Positions 1 to 9,285 of a stretch of DNA of 64,000 nt are shown one piece after another. Source of the DNA: Candidatus Sumerlaeaceae bacterium (GTDB taxonomy: Bacteria > Sumerlaeota > Sumerlaeia > Sumerlaeales > Sumerlaeaceae); the NCBI GenBank assembly GCA_051003195.1, contig JBPCLP010000008.1, forward strand, positions 32,001-96,000, in the 5' to 3' direction. The notes below the pieces were generated by a model. The model made no database searches. It saw only the letters and a list, made by a program, of their open reading frames with translations, and was not told the origin of the DNA. The position numbers and the translations under genes were made by a program. The stretch's first letter is position 1. The number at the start of each line of letters is the position of its first letter.

Positions 1-343
1 ACGCGATGAGGTAACATGCGAGCATCGTTCCCGTGCGACCGTAGCCGCCGCGGCAGTGCACGGTGATCTGGCGTCCTTCCGCGCGCTGCATTTTCGCGAA
101 TTCTACAAACTCCTCGGCCTGCTTGAGTGTCGGCGGGTGGAAGTCGGGAATCGGCAGGTGCAGATAGTGCAGGCCGTGCTCTGCCACCAGGTGCAGAGGA
201 ACTCCGTCTTCATCGAGCGATACCAGCGCTTCTGTCCCGCGATCGCGGAGTTCGGCCAGCGCCTCGCCGCAATCGCCATAGGAGTCGGGATGGCCACAAC
301 CGGCCATCTCCCCTTCCAGCAGGTATCCGAAATTGTTAAGCAT
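1..343 (-). CDS. Dual-specificity/protein-tyrosine phosphatase (partial; runs off window start)
   Basis: Manual minus-strand translation from ATG 343: MLNNFGYLLEGEMAGCGHP...HLPIPDFHPPT...VHCRGGYGRTGTMLACYLIA. Contains the HCxxGxGRT (CX5R) catalytic loop. Not in the ORF track because the stop lies outside the window. Confidence 0.9.
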   Translation of the reverse strand, partial: MLNNFGYLLEGEMAGCGHPDSYGDCGEALAELRDRGTEALVSLDEDGVPLHLVAEHGLHYLHLPIPDFHPPTLKQAEEFVEFAKMQRAEGRQITVHCRGGYGRTGTMLACYLIA

Positions 344-433
344 CGTGTTCACGCTCGCCGACGTGCAGGATTCGCGCGGTAATTCACAACAAAAAAGCGG
401 ATCATTGCCCGGCTGCTTCGCGGGCTTTCCACA

Positions 434-874
434 TCAGCAGTAGGTGTTGAAGGCGTTTACGAGATCTTCGGCGACCTGGTCGGCGCTGCGTCCCTCGATG
501 TTGTGACGCTCGAGCATTGTGACGACTTCGCCGTCTTTCAACAGTGCGATTTGCGGCGAGGAAGGATTGTAGCCTTTGAAATAGGCGCGCGCCTTTGAAA
601 CCGCATCTTTGTCGACACCGGCAAATACCGTCACAATTCGATCGGGCTGCTTTTCATTCCCCAGGGCCTTGGCGACACCCGGGCGAGCGTTTCCGGCGGC
701 GCAGCCGCACACGCTGTTTACGACAACCAGCACGGTACCCTTATTTTCGCCGAGGACTTCGTCCACCTGGTCTGGTGTGCGCAGATCTTCGACGCCGAGA
801 CGCGTCAGTTCCGCGCGCATGGGTTCGGTCATTTCGGGTGGATACCCGGTTGCCATCTGGAAGAAATTGGACAT
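434..874 (-). CDS. BrxA/BrxB family bacilliredoxin
   Basis: NSVCGCAAGNARP (CGC motif), TVFAGVD, PSSPQIALLKDG and ERHNIEGR are typical of YphP/YqiW bacilliredoxins. Confidence 0.92.
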   Translation of the reverse strand: MSNFFQMATGYPPEMTEPMRAELTRLGVEDLRTPDQVDEVLGENKGTVLVVVNSVCGCAAGNARPGVAKALGNEKQPDRIVTVFAGVDKDAVSKARAYFKGYNPSSPQIALLKDGEVVTMLERHNIEGRSADQVAEDLVNAFNTYC

Positions 875-948
875 TTCGTTACTCCTTGGTTTTGCAAATC
901 GTGTGTGTTTCGGTTTCGCCTGCCCAGGCTAAAGCCTGCACATCGAAG

Positions 949-1845
949 CTATTTCGCGGCTGCCTTTTCATACACCATTTCACCGTCGGTCGTCACTATC
1001 GTGTGGAAACGTGCGATGAGTTCGCGAGTGACGGGGCCGGGTTTGCCGTCGCCAATGGGACGCCCATCAATTTTCACGACGGGAATGGCCTCGGCAGCGG
1101 TGCCGGTAAGGAAGACTTCGTCGGCATCGTAGACTTCGAAGCGTGTGAAGGGTTCTTCCTTCACGACCATGCCATCCTTTTCAGCGAGTTCCATGATTGC
1201 ATCGCGCGTGATACCGCGTAGCGCGCCGAGGTAACAAGGTGGGGTCGTGAGCACGCCATCCTTCACGAGGAAAACATTGTCGCCCGTACATTCCACAACG
1301 AAGCCGTTGTGGTCGAGCATCAGCGCTTCGCGGACATTGGCAAGCTGGCCTTCCATCTTGGCCATGATGTTGTTGAGGTAATTGCAGCTCTTTACACGCC
1401 CGTTCCATGCGGCCACGTTGAAGCGGTTGCTCGGCACGGTCACGATTTCCAGGCCGTTATCGTAGTCGGACTGCGGGTAGAGCTTGATGCTGGCCGCGAT
1501 AATGAAAATGGTCGCCTTGGGGCAGAGCCGAGGGTCGAGTCCAAGGTCGCCGGTGCCGCGCGTGACAACGAGGCGGATGTAGCCGTCGTTGAGTCCATTG
1601 GCGCGAATGGTTTCCACGATCGCGTCGCGCAGCTCTTCGTAGCTCATCGGGATTTCGAGCCGTATGTATCTCGCGGACGACCAGAGCCGCTCCAGGTGCT
1701 GCTTGAGCCGGAATATACAGCCGTCGTAGATGCGGATACCTTCGAATACGCCGTCGCCGTACAGTACACAATGATCGAAGACGCTGATTTTAGCGTCCTC
1801 TTTGTCATAGAGCTGTCCGTCGATCCACACCTTCATCTGCTGCAT
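949..1845 (-). CDS. ilvE: Branched-chain amino acid aminotransferase (class IV PLP)
   Basis: YGDGVFEGIR, YIRLVVTRG, KSCNYLNN, ECTGDNVF, LRGITR and EVFLTGTAAE motifs. Confidence 0.95.
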   Translation of the reverse strand: MQQMKVWIDGQLYDKEDAKISVFDHCVLYGDGVFEGIRIYDGCIFRLKQHLERLWSSARYIRLEIPMSYEELRDAIVETIRANGLNDGYIRLVVTRGTGDLGLDPRLCPKATIFIIAASIKLYPQSDYDNGLEIVTVPSNRFNVAAWNGRVKSCNYLNNIMAKMEGQLANVREALMLDHNGFVVECTGDNVFLVKDGVLTTPPCYLGALRGITRDAIMELAEKDGMVVKEEPFTRFEVYDADEVFLTGTAAEAIPVVKIDGRPIGDGKPGPVTRELIARFHTIVTTDGEMVYEKAAAK

Positions 1846-1875
1846 CGGGCGTTTGCCTCCTGGGTTGGTAAAATC

Positions 1876-1972
1876 CTAGTGTAGTCTACCGTTAGTTCGT
1901 AATCAGTTCTGTGTGCCGAATCGAGGTCAAGTCTGGCCTTTAGTCCTCGTAAGGAACTACTGATTCGGCACA
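1876..1972. repeat. Dispersed intergenic element, copy A (~97 bp, internal 11-bp inverted repeat)
   Basis: Aligns to 29915-30010 with 13 differences. TGTGCCGAATC (1912-1922) and GATTCGGCACA (1962-1972) form an inverted pair. Confidence 0.85.
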
Positions 1973-2101
1973 TCAGTTAGAGCTTTGGATGCGCTTACAT
2001 TCGCAGGATTTAGGAACCAATGTGTCGGTGCGGTCCCGACCGGACTCCTGCGCGCAGACTGGTACCTCCAGCAATGCCAGCGCTGAGCCCGGAGAAATTG
2101 C

Positions 2102-5100
2102 CTATTTTAGCATCTGCCAGTCGGACGCGGCGGCAACGCTTTGGATGGAGTACTGCTCGGCCTTCAGGCTGTAGTTGTCTATGAACCATCCAGTCGGGCC
2201 ATTTCGCTTTTCTGTGAAGCCGTTCCAGTTGTAAGTAAATACAACCTGCAGCGTGTGACCGGCCCATACTGCGGGATCGAGCTCCAGAGTCGTCAGCGTG
2301 TAAGGCAGCCCAGGACCGCCGTTCACATACCCGTCCTGGTTGGGATAGGCTGTATATGTGCCGTCGAATTTCCCAGTGTAGCCATTTTTAATTTCCAGTA
2401 CACCGGCAAGTGCACTGGCCATGTCCTGCTGCGAGCCGCCGTCTCTCAGCAGGAAAACTTTGCCGCCGGCCAGGCCGTAAAGCGATGACGCGTTTGTCTG
2501 ATCAAACGAGAGGACAATGCGATTCGCGGTGGCAGGAATCAGGCTGACGGGAGACTTTAACTGGTCGAGCTGATATTGATAGGGAAACGGCTCTTCGAAA
2601 TGGGCGCACGTTGCGCCAGTCGCGGGTTTGGAGGTATCTGCCACCCACGCAGAATCCACTCCGTTCAAGTTCGTCTGCGTAAATGCTCCGAAGCCACTCT
2701 CAAACCCTTCTGAAATATCCAGCAGCGTGGCAGGCACGCCGGAGCGTAACGTGACCGGAAGGCTTGCCGCAAAATTGCCTAGATTGCTGGACAGCGTGAG
2801 CACCAGGTTGAGCTGGCAGCCGGCCGGAATAGAATCGGGAGTCGTGAACTCGAATGCGGTAGAATTGCCCTGGGGGGCGCCACCCTGCGGTAGCGTCGGG
2901 TAAACTGACGCGGCCTGTATCACGCCTGCTTCGGTGCTGAAGCTGGCCAGTGCGGCCACCACACCAGTGGCGTCTTCGGAACCGACATTGCTCAGGTTAA
3001 TCGTAAGGCGTATTCGTTCATTCCGGTCGATGCTTCCATTGCCATTTCCGCCGATGCCGGAGTCGTCGATGGTAACGGAATCGAGCTTGATCTCAGGCCT
3101 GCCAACCATCCAGACGCCGCGTCCATGCGTGCCTGCGAGAAGTATCGAACGCGCATTGTCGATGCAGAGATCATCGACAGCGGAATTGGGTAACCCGGTG
3201 GAATAGTTCTGCCAGGAGGTGCCACCTGTCGTGGTACGGTACACGCCGACTTCTGTACCCAGGTACCACACGGAGGGGTTTGTGGAATCCAACGCAACAC
3301 AGTTGACCGCGATTGCTGGAAAACCGGCGCTTCGGTTGGTGACGATGGGGCTGCCGGCTGCATTGGATATCTCATAAACCTGGTTGCTGGTAAAGCGGTA
3401 GAACACTGCGATGAAGTGATCAGGGTTTGTTGGATCCACTGCGATATCGGAACAGTAGGAGCCATTAGGGTGCGTCGTAACAAGCGTCCATGCCGGGAGA
3501 ACGGCCGACATGTTGCTGGTGCGAAAGACTTTGCCGCTTTCGAATCCAAGGTAGCAAATCTCGCCGTTGCCTGGCGCGAACGCGACGGCGGATATTTCAT
3601 TGCCGGGATCAAGCTTGCCCGTCACATCAGCCCAGGTTGCACCGGTGCGCGCGGCGGAATTGCGCAGGAGCGAATCTCCGCCGAGCACGAGCATGTTCGG
3701 ATTTGTGCTGTTCAGTGCGCCCTTTGCATAGAACGGGAAGGAATACGAACTGCTGGGGAACTGCGTGCTATTCGGCGAGATTTCACTCCAGCCATACCCC
3801 TGGATCGAACTGCGATATACGGTGTCGAAGATGTAGCCATTATATACATAACGGCTGTCGGTTGGGTCCCATAAAGTAAAGCCGCCATCGCCTGCGTTCA
3901 CCAGGCTCCAAATGCCGGAGCCCAGGTAGCGGCATGTTCCATTATCCTGAGTACCTGCGAGGATCTCGAACCTGGTTGGGTGGAGCGCGACCGCGTAGTT
4001 GTTGACCTGCAGCAAACCGAGCCCGGTGTTCAGGCTAACCCAGTCCGACACTCCGGGAGCATCTGTATAAAAAAGGCCGCCGTCGTTGCAGTCATAGAAG
4101 CGTGCGCCATCGGGTCGAAACAGTCCAAACTGATGATCGGCATGAAGCGACCTGTTACTTGCGACGTTTATAAAGTTGGAACTGCCATTCGTGGATCGAT
4201 AAAGTGGCTGGCTGCCAGAAATATAAATCTCGTTTTCATTAACCGGATTTACCGCGACATACACGTTGTAGAAGAACTGGCCAGATCCTGAGCTCGCGTT
4301 GTAACTGCTGTCGATCTGGTTCCAGATGGCCCCTCCGTTTGTGGACTTGTAGATTTTCAATTTGTCGTAATCAGGCGTCTGGGTCGTGAAATCAGTGTCG
4401 GCGTTAAAGACGGCGTACATGATGTTCGGGTTGGAAGGAGCCTGTACGAGATCGGCCAGTCCATCGCGGTGATTTGTGGCAATGCCCGTGTTCTGCTGTA
4501 CCCAGGTGACACCGTTGTTTGTGGACTTGTAGAGACCTGAAGAGCCGGACGTGGAACTGGTTCGCGTCGCCCACCAAACCTGATTATTGCTCAAGTCCTG
4601 GATCACATTGTTAAAGCGTCCAGCCTGCGCGAGCGTAATGGACTGGAAGGCATCGCTGGTGATGTAAATCCCGGCGAACGTCGCGGCAACAATCCTGCGC
4701 GTGGGTCCCGTTAAAGTGGTACGGTCGATCGTGATCTGCGCAATTTTTGAGCTTGCGAGGGTAGCGGACTGCCGGCTCACCCAGTTCGCACCGCTGTCGG
4801 TGGAGACGAGAATACCGGCCCCGGATTTCGCATCGCCCGACAACACGGCCTCGCCGGTGCCAACGTAGATTTCATTCGGAGCACCCTGGTTGACGGTAAT
4901 ACAGCCCGTCGCGAGGCTCGGCTGGTTGTCGGTGAGTGGTGTCCACGTCGCACCATGGTTTGTTGTCTTCCACACACCGCCGTCTGCACCGCCGATGTAG
5001 AGAGTCTGGTAGGTGGGATCCGACGGATCAAATGCGGCGGACGAAATGCGACCGGACACCTTGCACTTGGGGCTGAAGGAGTTGGCCTGGCTTCCGACGA

Positions 5101-5614
5101 CGGGTTGGCCATTGTATACAACGTTTGGACCGAGCTCGACCCAACGTGACCCGAAGATTTGCCCGGCGGGAAGCAGAGGAGTCTCGGGATCGGCGGGTGG
5201 TCCAACAGGCGCTGCCGTCGACTGGTCGCGCGACGGCAATTGTGGCAATGCGCGCAGCACCGGTTTGTTGCTGCGGATGTTTTCGATGCCGAGCAGCCGT
5301 AATCTCGCATGGCTGACCTTATTCTCGTCGGCCGCTAACCGGCGCCTTTTGGATTCGTGCTGCAAGCGCCTGAAGACCATCGATTCGTCTTCCTCGCGTT
5401 CGACGACTTGCCCGGGAGCGGCGATGTCTCTCTCATCCTGGTCCCCCTTCACCGTAATTTTGGCAGGAGGGGTGGGCGGCACGGCCAGGGTGTTCAGATC
5501 GCTGGACGCGGCTGCAGGGAAAATTTGAGCATGTGCTGCCGAGCTAAGTCCAATCGACAAAGCAAGCCAGACTTGCAGCGTGCCGCGGCTGCGGCTCGAA
5601 ATTGCATCGCTCAT
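2102..5614 (-). CDS. Secreted Asp-box (BNR) beta-propeller protein, sortilin/glycosyl-hydrolase-like, with C-terminal Ig-like and beta-sandwich domains
   Basis: Signal peptide (...LSSAAHAQ). Repeated S/TxD/NxGxxW boxes, GRISSAAFDP, HADHQ, NDGGLF and GTHGRGVW, then GNGNGSIDRNE...LSNVG and EGFESG...GWFIDN. Start at 5614 is preferred over 5653. Confidence 0.8.
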   Translation of the reverse strand: MSDAISSRSRGTLQVWLALSIGLSSAAHAQIFPAAASSDLNTLAVPPTPPAKITVKGDQDERDIAAPGQVVEREEDESMVFRRLQHESKRRRLAADENKVSHARLRLLGIENIRSNKPVLRALPQLPSRDQSTAAPVGPPADPETPLLPAGQIFGSRWVELGPNVVYNGQPVVGSQANSFSPKCKVSGRISSAAFDPSDPTYQTLYIGGADGGVWKTTNHGATWTPLTDNQPSLATGCITVNQGAPNEIYVGTGEAVLSGDAKSGAGILVSTDSGANWVSRQSATLASSKIAQITIDRTTLTGPTRRIVAATFAGIYITSDAFQSITLAQAGRFNNVIQDLSNNQVWWATRTSSTSGSSGLYKSTNNGVTWVQQNTGIATNHRDGLADLVQAPSNPNIMYAVFNADTDFTTQTPDYDKLKIYKSTNGGAIWNQIDSSYNASSGSGQFFYNVYVAVNPVNENEIYISGSQPLYRSTNGSSNFINVASNRSLHADHQFGLFRPDGARFYDCNDGGLFYTDAPGVSDWVSLNTGLGLLQVNNYAVALHPTRFEILAGTQDNGTCRYLGSGIWSLVNAGDGGFTLWDPTDSRYVYNGYIFDTVYRSSIQGYGWSEISPNSTQFPSSSYSFPFYAKGALNSTNPNMLVLGGDSLLRNSAARTGATWADVTGKLDPGNEISAVAFAPGNGEICYLGFESGKVFRTSNMSAVLPAWTLVTTHPNGSYCSDIAVDPTNPDHFIAVFYRFTSNQVYEISNAAGSPIVTNRSAGFPAIAVNCVALDSTNPSVWYLGTEVGVYRTTTGGTSWQNYSTGLPNSAVDDLCIDNARSILLAGTHGRGVWMVGRPEIKLDSVTIDDSGIGGNGNGSIDRNERIRLTINLSNVGSEDATGVVAALASFSTEAGVIQAASVYPTLPQGGAPQGNSTAFEFTTPDSIPAGCQLNLVLTLSSNLGNFAASLPVTLRSGVPATLLDISEGFESGFGAFTQTNLNGVDSAWVADTSKPATGATCAHFEEPFPYQYQLDQLKSPVSLIPATANRIVLSFDQTNASSLYGLAGGKVFLLRDGGSQQDMASALAGVLEIKNGYTGKFDGTYTAYPNQDGYVNGGPGLPYTLTTLELDPAVWAGHTLQVVFTYNWNGFTEKRNGPTGWFIDNYSLKAEQYSIQSVAAASDWQMLK

Positions 5615-5775
5615 GCGTAACGCATACACTTCAGAGTCAAAGGCATGACACAATCATGTGACAACCCGGCGCGGGCAACCTTAAAGGATTAAGGAACAAT
5701 GGATGGAAAGCTGCCTGACGCAGAGAATCCAGATTGTTTGAACGCAGAGTGCAGCATGAGGTATAGTGTGCTTCG

Positions 5776-6732
5776 ATGGCTGACACTCCAGCAGTTGAAT
5801 TTCGCGAAGTTGGACACAATTACGGTAATCATCCCGCGTTGCAGGGAGTATCGTTCCAGGTGGGACAGGGCGAAATTTTTGCGCTGCTGGGCCCAAATGG
5901 CGGCGGTAAAACCACCCTGTTTCGCATTTTATCCACGCAGATGCAGGCCAGTGCCGGTACGGCATTCGTACTTGGAGTGGACGTCTCACAAAATCCCGGC
6001 GTCGCACGACAGCACATGGGAGTCGTGTTTCAATCGCCAAGCCTCGACAAGAAACTGACGGCTGAAGAGAACCTGGTGCACCAGGGACATTTATATGGGC
6101 TTCGAGGATCGCACCTGAAGGCGCGCATGGATCGGGCGCTTGAGGCCGTGGACCTGTTCCAGCGCAGGCGGGAGCGGGTCGAAAAGTTTTCAGGCGGAAT
6201 GCAGCGACGTGTTGAGGTGGCAAAGGCGCTGATGCATGATCCCGACCTGCTGCTGCTTGACGAGCCAAGCACGGGACTGGATCCGCACGCCAGGCTGGAA
6301 CTCTGGGCGCAACTGGTGCGCCAGCGCGAGGAGAATGGTGTCACAAGCCTGCTGACTACGCACCTGATGGAAGAGGCCGAGAAGGCGGACCGCGTGGCGA
6401 TTTTGCATAAGGGCAGGGTGGTTGCACTCGGTTCACCGGAAAAACTGAAGGCGACGGTCGGGGGTGAAGTTCTGGAATTGCAGAGCAACGAGCCCAAGCG
6501 GTTACAGGCTGGTATTGCCCAGAAGTTTGGTGGCGATCCGGTTGTGATAGCTTCTGATACCGTCCGGTTGGAAACGAGCCGCGCCGACAGCACTCCGGGT
6601 GCGCGGTTGCTGGTGGACATTGTCGAGGCGTTCCCCGGCCTGGTTGAATCGGGCCGTGTAGGCAAGCCGAGCCTGGAAGATGTCTTCGTTAGATGCACGG
6701 GTCATAGATTTGAATCGGGGCCAGAAGTTTAA
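5776..6732 (+). CDS. ABC transporter ATP-binding protein (DrrA-like exporter)
   Basis: Walker A GPNGGGKT, signature FSGGMQRR, Walker B LLLLDEP, TTH. Confidence 0.95.
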   Translation: MADTPAVEFREVGHNYGNHPALQGVSFQVGQGEIFALLGPNGGGKTTLFRILSTQMQASAGTAFVLGVDVSQNPGVARQHMGVVFQSPSLDKKLTAEENLVHQGHLYGLRGSHLKARMDRALEAVDLFQRRRERVEKFSGGMQRRVEVAKALMHDPDLLLLDEPSTGLDPHARLELWAQLVRQREENGVTSLLTTHLMEEAEKADRVAILHKGRVVALGSPEKLKATVGGEVLELQSNEPKRLQAGIAQKFGGDPVVIASDTVRLETSRADSTPGARLLVDIVEAFPGLVESGRVGKPSLEDVFVRCTGHRFESGPEV

Positions 6733-6793
6733 TGCCGAAAACACAACATGTCTTCACATGCTCTCTTTTTAGTAATCCCGGTTTGCGAAAAGG

Positions 6794-7666
6794 ATGAACC
6801 ACATCGATTCAACAGGCAGTGCGGCAGGCGTGAACATAATGCCGCAGGACGGCATGCGGGAAGTGGAGCCGCTAAGCGGCATCCGCGCATTCGGTTTGGC
6901 AGCGGGCACACTGTGGCAGCGCGAACTGGTGCGATTTTTTCGGCAGCCTTCGCGTGTGATTGGCGCGTTTGCATCGCCACTGGTCTTCTGGCTGCTCATC
7001 GGTTCGGGGCTGGGCCGATCTTTTCAGCCACAGAATTCCGCCGGTGCGGCGGGGGGCGATTACCTGCAGTACTTTTTTGCGGGAACGCTCCTCCTGATTC
7101 TGCTGTTTACCGCGATCTTTTCAACGATATCGCTGATCCAGGACCGGCGCGAAGGATTTTTGCAGGGAGTCATGGTAGCGCCCATTCCGCGAGGTGCGAT
7201 TGTCATGGGGAAAGTGCTTGGCGGAACCACCCTGGCGATGTTGCAGGGCCTGCTGTTTCTTTTGCTGGCGCCCCTGGCGGGCATCTCCGTCGGCCCGTCG
7301 ACAGGTTTCCTCGTAGCCGGTGCGAGTTTCCTGGTGGCATTTGGACTCACGGCGCTGGGATTTGTGCTGGCCTGGCCGATGGAAAGCATCCAGGGCTTTC
7401 ATGCGGTGATGAACCTCGTACTGATGCCGATGTGGCTTCTAAGCGGAGCGTTGTTTCCGGCCTCGGGCGCGAGTGGCTGGGTTCGTGCACTGATGCTGGT
7501 CAATCCGCTGACATACGGACACTCGCTGATACGTCGCGCCCTGGCGCCTGACATCGTGGTCTCGCCGGGTCTCGGGGTGTCGCTCGGCATTACCGTGGGT
7601 TTCGCGATCGCCACATTTGCAGGTGCGTGGATCATGGCATCGCGCAAGAGGAGAATGCCGCTGTGA
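6794..7666 (+). CDS. ABC-2 type transporter permease
   Basis: About 6 TM segments with DRREGFL...APIPR, LSGALFP and NPLTYG motifs; follows the ATPase. Confidence 0.92.
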   Translation: MNHIDSTGSAAGVNIMPQDGMREVEPLSGIRAFGLAAGTLWQRELVRFFRQPSRVIGAFASPLVFWLLIGSGLGRSFQPQNSAGAAGGDYLQYFFAGTLLLILLFTAIFSTISLIQDRREGFLQGVMVAPIPRGAIVMGKVLGGTTLAMLQGLLFLLLAPLAGISVGPSTGFLVAGASFLVAFGLTALGFVLAWPMESIQGFHAVMNLVLMPMWLLSGALFPASGASGWVRALMLVNPLTYGHSLIRRALAPDIVVSPGLGVSLGITVGFAIATFAGAWIMASRKRRMPL

Positions 7667-8421
7667 GCAGCGAAGGCGGAGAGATGATGACGGAGTCGGC
7701 AGATGGTCAAGCAAGCGCGGCCGAAGTTGGGTCGACTCGCCAGCGGTCGTCATCGCCGAAAGGCGCGTGGCTGGCGTGGATTGCGTTCACCGTGTTGATT
7801 ATCGGCGTTGGCGCCGCGGCGATGTTTCAGAAACTACAGGGAGCGCGGCTCGGCGAGCCGCTCCCGAAGCTCGGGGCTGTTCCGGCATTTGGCTTTACGA
7901 ACGAGAAAGGGACGTCCGTTACGCTGGCGGACCTGAAGGGGCGGCCCTGGGTGGTCGATTTTATTTTTACGCGGTGCGGTGGCCAATGCCCCCTGATGAC
8001 GAGGCACATGATGGGCCTGCAGGGCTGGTTGCGGGACAAAGGGCATACCGAAGTGCAACTGGTGAGCGTGACGGTAGACCCTGAAACGGACACTCCTGAA
8101 AAGCTGGCGGAGTATGGAAAAACTTTCCACGCAGATCCCGGACAATGGACTTTTCTGACCGCTGCTAAACCTGAGATTTACGATTTGATTACCACCGGTT
8201 TTAAGCTGGGCGTAGAGGAAAACCGGGACAAGCCGGTGACGGAGATGTTTGTTCACAGTAATAAATTTGCGCTGGTGGATGCGGAGGGGCAGATCCGCGG
8301 CTATTTCGTGCTGGAGGAAGAACCGGAAATGAAGCGCATGCAGGCAGCAATCCGGCGCATCGGCATCGAACAGCGGGAGTCGCGGAAAAACAGCACCAGT
8401 GCCGACGGAAAGGACTTCTAG
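7663..8421 (+). CDS. SCO family copper chaperone
   Basis: N-terminal TM, FIFTRCGGQCP (CxxxC), SVTVDPETDTPE and conserved His (FVHSNKFALVD). GTG start overlaps the permease stop. Confidence 0.93.
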   Translation: MSSEGGEMMTESADGQASAAEVGSTRQRSSSPKGAWLAWIAFTVLIIGVGAAAMFQKLQGARLGEPLPKLGAVPAFGFTNEKGTSVTLADLKGRPWVVDFIFTRCGGQCPLMTRHMMGLQGWLRDKGHTEVQLVSVTVDPETDTPEKLAEYGKTFHADPGQWTFLTAAKPEIYDLITTGFKLGVEENRDKPVTEMFVHSNKFALVDAEGQIRGYFVLEEEPEMKRMQAAIRRIGIEQRESRKNSTSADGKDF

Positions 8422-8520
8422 TGTGGCGAACCAGAAGTTCATATCCACGTATCGATGTGATTCTGCGCTCGTTCGGCACACAGAACCAGTGAACGGATTT
8501 ATGGGACACCGCACCAGAAC

Positions 8521-8961
8521 GTGCTGAATCGTCCTCTCAATGATTTGCCGGGTTTGAACGCATGCCTCAATGCGACCAGTGCGATGCTCCTGATTCTCGC
8601 ATGGGTTTTCATTCGCCGCGGAATGGTACGGGCGCACGCGTATTGTATTACTGCCGCGCTGGCGAGTTCCGCTGCGTTCCTGACCTCCTATCTATACTAC
8701 CATTTTGTGCTGCACGGACGCACGCCTTTCGGGGGTAGTGGGATCGTTCGGACGATTTATTATAGCATCCTGCTTACGCATACCGTGCTGGCGATGGTCA
8801 TTGTGCCGTTGATCGTGATGGCGCTCGTTCACGCTGCGAGGCGGCACTGGGACAAACATCGCCGACTGGCTCGATGGACGATGCCGCTGTGGTTGTATGT
8901 TTCTGTGACGGGTGTCCTGGTGTACTGGATGCTTTACCAGATGCCCCCGGTGTTGCGATGA
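8521..8961 (+). CDS. DUF420 family membrane protein (CtaM-like oxidase assembly)
   Basis: LPGLNACLN, FLTSYLYYH, ILLTHTVLA and HRRLARWTMPLWLYVSVTGVLVY motifs. Confidence 0.9.
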   Translation: MLNRPLNDLPGLNACLNATSAMLLILAWVFIRRGMVRAHAYCITAALASSAAFLTSYLYYHFVLHGRTPFGGSGIVRTIYYSILLTHTVLAMVIVPLIVMALVHAARRHWDKHRRLARWTMPLWLYVSVTGVLVYWMLYQMPPVLR

Positions 8962-9242
8962 CGAAAGAGCAAATTGCAAAGACCGAAAGATTCAACAGCC
9001 ATTCGGCGGCGCGCGCGGTTGCGATTGGCGTGTTCATAGTGTTGTGTTTCGGCGCGTGGAGCTGTCCTATGTGCAAAGATGCGGTAACGAGTGAAAGCGC
9101 CAGTGGAACTGCAGGCGCAACCATCGGGACGCGCGCACGTGGGTACTACTACAGCATTGTTGGAATGGTAAGCATGCCATTCCTGGTAATCGGTGGTGTG
9201 ACGTGGGCTCTGATGCGGGAACGTCGTACCGGCACAGCATAG
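8958..9242 (+). CDS. Small membrane protein with CPMC motif
   Basis: ATGA overlap with the DUF420 stop. Signal-like stretch, then CPMCK, then a C-terminal TM helix (GYYYSIVGMVSMPFLVIGG). Confidence 0.7.
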   Translation: MTKEQIAKTERFNSHSAARAVAIGVFIVLCFGAWSCPMCKDAVTSESASGTAGATIGTRARGYYYSIVGMVSMPFLVIGGVTWALMRERRTGTA

Positions 9243-9285
9243 ATTAGCCTGTTGCATTAGTGGTGGATGGCGTCCGCCTGAACGT

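Noticed and set aside
56..382. Plus-strand 108 aa ORF
   Set aside because: It is an antisense shadow of the phosphatase gene on the minus strand.
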